Source of the DNA: Catajapyx aquilonaris
Lineage: Eukaryota
Assembly (NCBI GenBank): GCA_000934665.2
Contig: KZ538724.1
Location: 1 to 51,282 of the forward strand
Direction: 5' to 3'
Length of the DNA: 51,282 bases
In this document: piece after piece, positions 24,501 through 34,047 of the stretch
Layout of the letters: every line of letters starts with the position of its first letter
How positions within the stretch are numbered: the stretch's first letter is position 1
The notes under the pieces: model-generated
Databases searched by the model: none
Seen by the model: only the letters and a program-made list of their open reading frames with translations
What the model was told of the DNA's origin: nothing
Program-made: the position numbers and the translations under genes

Positions 24501-27500
24501 GCCCCCTCTCGTCCCGGTGGTGAGGGCGAAGGAGATTCAGACGTGGTGCAACTCGAGTGAGGCATCCTGTGGTGTCCTCAGCAGGTACATCTTGATCTTT
24601 GGAATACTTTGGCTCATCATTGCCGAATCGGAATGTAATTTTCCTAAAAATGGAGACAGATCCCCTAATGAATGGTAAATAACAACAGTACAGTTCTGGT
24701 CATATATCGAGGCAACCGCCAGCGACATTTTCCGAAGCGGCAGAAGAAGGAATCGAAGATAAGCATACTTCAAGCATGGGCGACCAAGATTCCTTCTTCT
24801 GCCGCTTCTGTCGCTGGCGGTTGCCTCGATATATGACCAGAACTGTACTGCAAATAAATGCACAAATATCTCCTTCATTTCTGCACTAACCTAGAACGCA
24901 AGTGTTGAATGCAACTGGACATGGCAACAGCTTCACAGAATTTCATAGTGCTTCCTAAACCACATTCATTCCCAATGGTACCAATAATGTGCTATCAAGT
25001 CTTAACCTAATGAAGCTTATTGTAAGCTCCCCCAAAAACAAAACCCGTTCATGGCACAACTCCCTTACCAAACTAACAAGTAATTAGGATAGAGTGCATC
25101 CAACTGGCCTGACAATTATGTCATGGGTACATTGTAGCCAGAATCTTCATTGGTGAAAATCGAAGTGTTCATATGCACATTTTTAAAAAAAAGAAGTGGC
25201 ATCCATGGTTGTGTGTAGATGACAATGATCAATGTGTAAAAATTCTGTTCCTGTCATAAACTGCCAAATATGTATTTCAAGCATAAAGTAAACAATAAAA
25301 TGTATTACATGCACTGGCTAAAATTACCATTAAAATATGCAATACAGCAAGTGATACAAAGAACACTGCATGTAAAGTGTTATTTTTGATTCAGGCTAAC
25401 AAAATGTTGTGGTCATTGGTCAACTGAGCCCCCTGATACATCCAGCCTAGCCCTGTGTTGAAGGTTGTTTAATATAAAAGGCTCCGCTAGGCAGGGAATG
25501 TGGCGCTGGCGCTCCTCCACAGCCTGCTACTGGAGGGTAGATTCGGATTGGCCACCTTCGGAACCAACCCAAACCATCCTTTCCTTACATAGGAGGGTGT
25601 TCGCATGCGAACGGGCTCTGAGGAAAGGACGGTTTGGGTTGGTTCCGAAGGCAGCCAATCCGAACCAACCCTCCAGTAGCTGGCTGTGGAGGCGCACCAG
25701 CGCTACATTCCCTGCCTAGCAGAGCCTTTAATATTAAACTACCATATCATATTTGTGTCAGGGGGCTGGGTAAACTGCTGTGACGGTATCATGCCCTATA
25801 CTGTCCCCCATTTCAACCACTAAGAGGCCTATTAATGCAACAAAAAAAGAGTCAAAAAACAGTGAAGGACAGTGAGAAGTAACGACAATGTCCATTCTGA
25901 ATCCTTTTGTAATGCAAGACTTCACTTTTATGCACTGTTAGGCATCTTTTGCACACCACTATTTTCAAAACACAATACTCATAGCTTGCCAAACACTTTC
26001 TGCCTGATTTGGCAGTATTCTTTAGTAAAACATGGATACTTTTTCACATTACATTCCTCACCTCAAGTTCCAGGTATGCTTCTAGTTATGAGCATATCCA
26101 TCAGCATCATAAAATTTGAGTGATTAAGTTCTGAGATTCTGTGGCATTAGTCACACAAAGCAGTAATGGCAATGCTTCTCAGAGCACAGAAACAATGATT
26201 AAATTGGGATGGGTGCATCAATGAAACCATGGATCAGAACCTAGCACCTACGCAGAAGTGTCTTATGTATGCTTAATTCTTCTGCTTTCAGGCACCTTGT
26301 ACTCCCGTGAAAAGTCAAAACCGTCTATCTGCATTTTCGCGGTTTTCCATTTTATAATTTCAACATGGAAGTGAGGGCACCCTCCTGCCATCTGGCATTC
26401 TGGTGGTGTTAGAATCACCCATCTGCATGAGGGTCCGAGATTCAGAGAGGGCAGAACCGTCAATCTGCAGACTGATGCCAAGAGAGATGTCAGGTCAAAA
26501 CCATCTATCTGCAACCAGCCAATGAGGAGGCATATAGTTTGGTCACGTTCCAGCTAAGCAGCTCAAATGACAGTTCTTCTAATTTAATGCTCTAGCAAAT
26601 ATTAATATTCTACTTATCACACAAACTTATGATTTGGGAGAGCTAGGAACTTTAAATGCAATTTACTCAGAAAGTGAATTTTGTCACTTAGAGGGTTTTG
26701 ACTTTTCATGGGAGTAACTGAAGGGCCACTGCCTCCAGAATCAGAGATGTTGAAATAATGAGCAGAATGAGCTCGAGCATGCAAAAAGCAATGTATCATG
26801 ATAGAAATGCGTTAACCCAATAAAAATTTGAAAACAACGAAAGAGGTGCCCCCGCACCCAGTCTATTCCAGCCATTCCTGCTATTGCCACACATGATGCC
26901 ACCAGTCACCTGGTCCAACTAAGGTACTAAGCATGTGGCAGAGGGAAGACTTTGGCAGCAAATAGAGCCATTATAAGAACATTTCAAATGTCTGGAAGAG
27001 CTTCTGCCTCAGTCCAACTTTTGTGCAGCTCCTTGCCATTGGTCAGCTCTACAATTCCTTTTTTTTTAAAAGAGCCCACTTAACAGTCATCCTCAGGGGG
27101 GATGAAATGGCAGATTCTCAATTAAGGCTAAGAAAATTTGGATGTTAGGTAACATGGTCTTACATCAGAGCAAGTTTTGTAACACTGGAAGTGGAATTCC
27201 ATTTGGTTCTGAGTGCTACTCATTCTGGTCCAGACCGCAGTTTGAATCCTGGAACTCATGTAGCATGGGCTGTATGAGATTTGATATACACCAACATGCC
27301 TCGTACAAAGCAACAATAAATCTGGATAATTCAGGTTTGCAAGTAGTACTTATCTCTTACATACGCTGGCATGCTTTTTCTGCCACGAGTAGGTCAAGGA
27401 TTGCACAGCAGTGATGTACAAAGATTAGTCTTTTTGTCCATTCAAACTACGTAAGGCAATCTGAATCCCTCTTAGGGTTTTGACATATCTAATAAGCTTT

Positions 27501-27955
27501 TGGCTGCATATTAAGTTGAACAAACCAGGTGGACTGTGTACAGGTGTGCAACACAAGAAATCCCTCAATGTTTTCCTCCTCAATTAAAACCCCTTTAAAA
27601 ACTTCTGGGGTGAATAACTGGGACCATTTCATGAAGGTCATAGTTTTTATCCAGATGCTAGAGAAAACCTAAGTGAACTTGTTGGTGATCTATATTATTA
27701 ATACCCTACCGTGATGGCGATTCCTCCCGCTGTGTACGACCCACAGCATTGGAAGTGATATCAAAATTTAGCCCGCGTGTCCTATATTTGCAATAAACTT
27801 TTGTTTTTTGGAAATCGTAGTGTCCAGGGAATTTATAAAACGCAAAAAAAAGCCAACCACTACGGAGATCCCATAAACGCCGTTCCGGCCACAGGTGCTA
27901 CCTCCGCACCGTCTTACTTCGGTACTTCGCCGTCCGATGTCGCTGCCTGGTCCGC

Positions 27956-28010
<55 letters not shown>

Positions 28011-31000
28011 TCCCTCCTACTTTTGCCAAATTTTGTTTGCCAAATTTTGTTTGCCAACTTTTGGCAAGTTGGTGCCTAGTACATTGTATATTTTTCGGGG
28101 AGGCGGAGTGGTGCTGCGATAACGTGTGCGCCCACGGATGTTAAGGTCCCGGGTTCGATCCCAGCCCGGGGACACCCCCTTCATCTCATACATAGTTCAG
28201 GGTCACCTCTGGCTTCGTCTCGGGTGGTATTTCCAACAGACCAAACCACCCAGGGGAGTTCACTAAAAATGGCCACGTTTAAGACATTGCACTGCACCTT
28301 GCACATCCCCTCCTGTCATCCTGCCCATGGGCCCGGGCGTTACATATAAAGGCTCCAATGTACTGTACTTGACATAATAAATAAAGGTCCGTGCTGCATA
28401 CCTCAAATGAGGTCAAGCAATACCCCGGATATTGTATATTTTTGTCACGCACCTTATTGCTGCATGGTTAGTGCAAACTATGAGGCAGGTAAAGGAATAG
28501 GCCACCATAATTAATGTGCTCTTCAAAACCTCCTACAAAGACATGATTTTCAAAAGGTGAAAAAAGGAAAATCTTCCAAATGTTGGGTTTTAGAAGCATT
28601 ATATTGAAGAAGAAAAAAACATTATTAGCCCTTGTCAGCACCGATGGGGTGCTTAAACGCACCCAGCCCAAGTGCACCTGGGACAAAACTCCCCCGGCCC
28701 AAACGCACCCTGGAATGAATGCACTCGGCCCCTACCGCATTCAGCCCAAGTGCACCTGTCCCAATATCCCCCAGCCCAAAGTCTCCCAGCCTAGCCGCAC
28801 TTCGGCCCGGCCGCATAGGAGCTTTGCTTCACCCGGCAATCCCAGCGATTTCGTCGTCTTTTCTTACGTGAAGATAGTGCTGTATCCGCTGAGGATAGGG
28901 CTGTATCCGCAACGAGTGAAGGTTAGGTTTGGTTAGGTTGGGTTAGTACATCGTACTAAGTATACTAAGCATACTAAGCAAAGCTTCGGTGCGGCTGGGC
29001 TGGGAGAATTTGGGCTGGGGGATCTTGGGGCAGGTGCGTTTGGGCTGGGTGCGGCAAAGTCCGGTCGCGTTTGTTACCGAGTGCCGCTTGGCCTGGATGC
29101 GTTTAGGCTGGGTGTACTTGGGCCGAGTGCGGCCAAGACCGGGTGTCTTTGTTTGCATATGCTCCTGGGCTGAGTGCGTTTAGGGCTGGTGCGATTGTTA
29201 CGGGGTGTGCTTGCGCTGGTGCGCTTGGGCCAGGTGTTTTATTTCTCAGGTGCGCTTGGGCTGGGTGCGGTTAGGCCTACGGTTCGTCAGCACAGTACTT
29301 CATGTCCATTTCAGGTTCATGTCTGGGCAGTTAACTGTGCTGTTGTGCAGATTGGTGAATCAAAAATTTATTTTACAACTTGTGCAACAGAATTGCACTG
29401 CCTCAGCACTTTTAATATGAATAACCCGAATCATGCTGCATGGCATAACAAGCACATGCTGCCCAGGGGCTGCCTAACAGTGCCAAAATAATAGCCTGGT
29501 GTCAATGTTATAACTACCAGCCATTATTTCAGGGGAAAAAACATCATTCAAATTCAGTGATGCTAATGGAAATGATGCCTTAATTTTTCCAATATTTTGC
29601 ATTATTTCAATAGTATATAATCAAATTTAAAGTGAACTCTTTCATTTCAAGAAGCAACAGATCACCTCTCATTCCTGCCTTGTCCAAGTGCCAAAACCAT
29701 TTCTCTATCATTACATACAGTACTTCCTAGAAAAGGTCTCTGTGGTTAAGAATTAAAAGGTTTCTCATTTCACTTCTGTCTCCATTTCAATGATACGTCG
29801 GTCAGTTTTCTTCTGGGGACTCTTATTTCTACCATCAGCTATTGGCCAATTTCCTGTACACAGGAGTTCCTGGTAAAACTTTCATGTAAGCTAACTCAAA
29901 ATCTAAATATAACTCTCTAACCAAAAGTATGGCCAGTGCAAGACAATCCCAAAAATACCTGTTGCAGAGAAAAATTATTGCCCTTCCCTCCAAAAAGAAA
30001 ATAAAACTACGTAGATGTAACAAATTTTAGGATAAACTCAAATAAAAATCAACTAAGGAGTCAAACCTCGAAGTTGCCCCATTTCCTTTTGTATTTTCTT
30101 TGTTCTTCAAGGATGAGGGTAAACGAACCAATTTTGGGATCTGAAAAATGGAGATCAAAAACCAAGGAATTAAGATTTTGTGAATAATAAAAATCATGCA
30201 TGGAGCTCAAAAAATAACATATTGAACATACAAGCCAGCATCTTAGGCAATTCAGAAACAAATACTGTGAACATCTCATCAGATATTCCATCTTCATCCA
30301 GTGAAATCAATAATGTACGATAATCACAATAGGACTATAGAAACAATGAGAGCGTGATGTTCAAATTACCGGAAAAAATTATTTTCAAGAAAGCAAGACC
30401 TTCAGAAGAAAGCACTTTTTGACTGGGACCATAATTGGAAGTTTATATGTTACTAGCCCAAGGTGTTGCTGATATACTCCTTATGCTACAAGTTCAAATC
30501 ATTCAATGGATGTGAGAAAAATATATATTAAAAAATTGAAATAAAACTTTAACCTAAAATTCCATCCAGCCTAACCCTGCCCTTGACCTAACATGCAATC
30601 ATTTAATGAAACTAATAAGCACGTAATGAACTCTTCACAAGAACATTATGCCTACCAGACATGAATAACCTGCTTAACTCAGCCACAAAAACTGTGACCA
30701 TGGCATATTGAAACAACTGTTCTTTGAACCATCTCTTTTCACTTTTCCAGAGAAACATGCTGTCATACAACACTCGATGAACAAGGTGCTTGGTATCACA
30801 TTTCTTTCCATACCTACTCAACCCTTTGCATTTTATTACGGTATTGCCAAAACTCTTATCGCTCTCAAGTGCTGGAATTTTATTGGAAAAGACAAATTAG
30901 TCGATTTCCTGCAAAGTGCTAACTTGCATCATGTTATCCTGGAAGCATCAAGTGTTCTGTAAATAATGGCATTACCAGACATATGCTGGCAGATTGTAAT

Positions 31001-31491
31001 TGCATAAGTGGACAGAAAGAATGGTTTATATCCACTTTTGACTCTTAATCAACAGAAAGATGGTAAGCCATGTAACCATATGGCAATTTCAGCTTCTTCA
31101 CAAATTTACGCTCATTTTGAAAATGCAGATCATTTGCGCCAATCTATGAAGCTCGTTATCTTCATCCAGAATATAGCCTAATCCCATATTCAAAATTCTT
31201 TTCCACGTAAATATTTTGATAATGCCATCCCTTCAGTCGCAGCATGTACTGTTTCACCAACCCGATGTACCTAATCACTTAACGACACCGACTCCCTGTT
31301 CACGTTCCTTGAAACCTCTCCCGCAAATCACTTATCGCAGATCAGGCCTGGATCCACCTTATGGTGCCAAGCACTCACCGCAAATGACCCTCCGCACTAC
31401 CCTGTACCCAGTGCCATACCTGTAGGTGCGTGGTCCCTTCCTCTCCCTTCTGGGCAAACCCCAAGCTCAACTTGCTCCCTTTGGCTTCCAT
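21598..31491 (-). CDS. Tastin/TROAP-like Pro/Gln/Arg-rich protein (~685 aa). Exons 31491-31420, 30140-30067, 24643-23605, 23481-22950, 21944-21598 (or a donor at 21618 to an unresolved last exon)
   Basis: Three long open exons with strong splice sites and consistent phases. C-terminal motifs 'YQEALLDQEVCVYT' and 'LSNPVAQVL' resemble the remembered tastin C-terminus 'FHEARLDDECAFYT...CTNPVATLL'. The two 5' exons are phase-consistent but less certain. Confidence 0.7.
22030..22821. mobile_element. piggyBac-like non-autonomous element with TTAA TSD
   Basis: TTAA|CCCTTT ... AAAGGG|TTAA. Internal inverted repeats at 22191-22265 and 22486-22556 (gaaattt..atgtcc.tgggacca.act..tggcgccac.ccg). Confidence 0.6.
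24691..24845. mobile_element. 155-bp MITE with TA TSD (Tc1/mariner-type CAGT termini)
   Basis: TA|CAGTTCTGGTCATATATCGAGGCAACCGCCAGCGACA ... TGTCGCTGGCGGTTGCCTCGATATATGACCAGAACTG|TA, a perfect TIR of about 37 bp. Confidence 0.88.
25480..25726. mobile_element. ~250-bp palindromic MITE (GGC..GCC termini, Harbinger-like)
   Basis: GGCTCCGCTAGGCAGGGAATGT..TTCGGAACCAACCCAAACC pairs with GGTTTGGGTTGGTTCCGAA..ACATTCCCTGCCTAGCAGAGCC. Confidence 0.82.
26302..26714. mobile_element. MITE with CTCCC termini and TA TSD
   Basis: TA|CTCCCGTGAAAAGTCAAAACC ... GGTTTTGACTTTTCATGGGAG|TA. Internal direct copies of 'aaccrtc(t/a)atctgca' at ~26319, ~26455 and ~26499. Confidence 0.8.
27956..28070. repeat. (CT)n microsatellite followed by a 15-bp tandem repeat (tttgccaaattttg)
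   Basis: About 25 TC units, then about 3 copies of tttgccaa(a/c)tttt. Confidence 0.9.
28096..28430 (+). mobile_element. tRNA-derived SINE with 13-bp TSD and no terminal poly(A)
   Basis: Head GGGGAGGCGGAGTGG..GGGTTCGATCCC (B box); TSD ATTGTATATTTTT at 28083-28095 and 28431-28443. Confidence 0.85.
28647..29282. mobile_element. Foldback-like element with inverted arms of tandem 'gcacccagcccaag' units and a central GGTTAG/GGTTGG tract
   Basis: Left arm units cgcacccagcccaagtgcacctg at 28658-28815; right arm reverse complements caggtgcgcttgggctgggtgcgg at 28988-29270; aggttaggtttggttaggttgggttag at 28920-28946. Confidence 0.7.
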
Positions 31492-31802
31492 CACATCCTG
31501 AAACCTGAACAAAAGCCATCATATGCCAGCAGTGATCTTCTGACAGTTGCAAATAAGAATGCGAAAAAAAGAGAGGATGGGCTACCTTCAGGAACCACCA
31601 CCTGAGCCGTCGTCCCGGGGGCAACGCAGACGGAAGGAGCGAGGCAGAGTGGCAAAAAGGAAGAAGGAAGGCCCCGGATTTCTACTCCGGATTTTTTCTT
31701 CTTTATCTCTCTCTCCCTCTCTCTCACTCTATCTCTCTCTCTTTCTCTCCCTCCTGTCTCTCCTCTCCCCCCGTTGGTGCGGCGAGTGGAGTCGACTTGC
31801 AA

Positions 31803-32830
31803 TCTGGCAACGCTGCGGGGAACTAACCACTCCTCCGTCACCTCCTCTTCCAACAGTCCTTCCAACCCCTCCCCCCCGGTTTCGATATAAAAATAATAAT
31901 GGGGGTCGCACCAATTTTAATAAATTAAAAATGTTAATGTGCTGGGGCATTTAGCTTAATTTTTTGCTCAGTTTCGGCGAACAATGGGCAAGGCTACTTG
32001 ACCGAGTGGACGGATTGGTGGGGGCAAATGATGGGCGTGGTCTAGGTGGGGGAAGGCGGGGGAAGGATTTGGAATGATGGGTGCATTCAGACACTCCTGG
32101 CAAAAGGGTGCTTATGGTACAGTACAAATGGCCAGGCAACACCCATCACACGACAGTACCGTGCAGTACCGTACTGTACCGTACGTCACGGTACAGTACG
32201 TACAGTACGTGGAAAAAAATTGTCATATTCACAGAGAGCACGTGGAGACCAGCCTCCAACGTGGCATCAATTCTGAACGCACCCACTCCCTCTCTTTCCT
32301 CCCCGCTCCCACTAATACGGACTTTGTCATGCAAACATTAAAACCGATTAAAACACATTGCCACTAATTATATTCACAATAATAATCCTCCTGCCAATCA
32401 TCTACGACAAAACTACATAAAACGCTAAATTTATTCCTCAACTGTGAACTTCACAATAATTTAAACTCGATTAAAACCACAAAGCTTCTGTCACTGGTCG
32501 GATTCGTGTATTCCAGCGATCTGATTGGTTGGCAGCACCTGGATTGTGTGAACAGCCCTGCCTCACTGTTAAAATTTCCAGGGTTGCCAGACCCGCAACA
32601 AAAACGTTTTTTACGTTTCAGTCAACAGTCAAGCGCATCATGGCGATCATCGGATCCTTTCGAAATTTATCGTCGTTGTGAGGCGGAGTGACGGAGCGGA
32701 GCGTACCCGGCTGCGGATGAAGTCCTGGAATCCGCTGCCTCCAGCTGACCAGCTCTGCCAACGTGTGAGGTACCCTCCCAGGGTGGCGAAAGTGGGTCAA
32801 AAGGCGTGCTCAGGCCTGGCTCTTTGGCGC
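31803..32830. promoter_or_regulatory. Divergent promoter region of the tastin-like gene (-) and ELYS (+)
   Basis: CpG-rich. CAG(C/G)GTTGCCAGA lies in sense orientation at both ends (31815-31803 minus, 32579-32591 plus). ATTGG CCAAT box at ~32524, Inr-like TCAGT at ~32618, E2F-like TTTGGCGC at 32823. Confidence 0.55.
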
Positions 32831-33371
32831 CAGAAACTTGCATGCCTCTTTCTAGTGCCCCTGTCCTTGTGACTACTCTTTCTCACAGCTGCAGGAGTGT
32901 AAATGCATTTGTCAAGTGGCCACGTGTAAGTGTGGTGAAGTAAATTTGCATTCATGTTTATGTGGAGTAATGCGCCAAGTTTGGTTTTGTAAGACCATGC
33001 ACTTTCATTCAGGTGCTTTTACCTGAGCTGTTTGTCAGTATGAAAAGTCTCATGTGCAAGATTACATAACAATAACACACCGTAAGCCCCTGGTTTTCCA
33101 GTCCTTGCGAGTGACAAATAAATATGAAATAAAATTATTAAATACACTATACGCCTAATTATCCAGCCTGATGGCTGCATGGGCATCGGAGAACACTGAT
33201 AATTAGAAAGTCTTTTTAGATAGCGTTAAACTGAGCAATTAGGAGATTTTTAACGAACTAGTGTAGGCCTGTACATATTTCATGCTGCTGTATGAGGTTT
33301 AATCAAAATGATAACATTTATCATAGATTTTTAGATTGTCATTTGGAGAAAGTCATATTTCTTCATTTGAA

Positions 33372-33603
33372 GGGCTTGGTGCTTGGTGCAACACCACCCT
33401 AACCCACCAAATGGTGCAAATTGAGGTAAGAGCATTTCCATATACTACACTCAAGTATTTAATAAAATACACTGAGATTGTACATTTTCAGCCGTCTGTC
33501 AGTGAGATTGCTACACATTGTGATATATGGGACATCTCAAACTTTACCTTCAGTTTCCTCAAAAACAGGTTTTGGTGGGTTAGGGCGGTATTGCACCGAG
33601 CCC
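33372..33603. mobile_element. MITE with ~33-bp TIRs (GGGC termini, Harbinger-like)
   Basis: gggcttggt[gcttggt]gcaacaccaccctaacccaccaaa pairs with tttggtgggttagggcggtattgcaccgagccc; the left TIR carries a 7-bp duplication. Confidence 0.7.
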
Positions 33604-34047
33604 TGCATTTGTGAGACGTTGACATTTTTTGGATTTATATTTTACTTTTTGGCAATGCACGGATAATCTGAAACATGGATAATCCGCACCTCGATAATAG
33701 GGTTTACCGTGTATAGAAAAATGCAACACTTCATTACATTACAGTGTTGTTATAATGATCCTGGGCCCATGAGCAGGGTAATGTAGGGAAGCAAGGTGCA
33801 GTGTTGGTGATTTTGGGCTTTCCCATGGATTGTTAGTCTTGTGGAAATCCAACATGAGACAAATCCATAGATAACTTAACTCCACAGAGGGTGGATGGGG
33901 AGAAGACCAGCTAGAGATCAATCCTGAGGCCTCCTGTTGGCGGTATACATTACTGAAGTGCCGCACCATCTCCCTTGCAGTTTGATGATTACATGTTTCG
34001 TTTCAGGTTGGTAACTTTTGGAGGTTCAAAATTCCCAGTAGGCAGCC

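Noticed and set aside
26263..26514. ORF with a repeated 'MQIDGFD' peptide
   Set aside because: Comes from subterminal direct repeats of the 26302-26714 MITE.
28580..29491. ORFs with repeated QPK / RLGW peptides
   Set aside because: Translations of the tandem units of the foldback-like element.
30600..31250. Possible transposase remnant in a tastin-like intron
   Set aside because: The frames examined were interrupted by stops and no DDE or HTH motif was recognisable.
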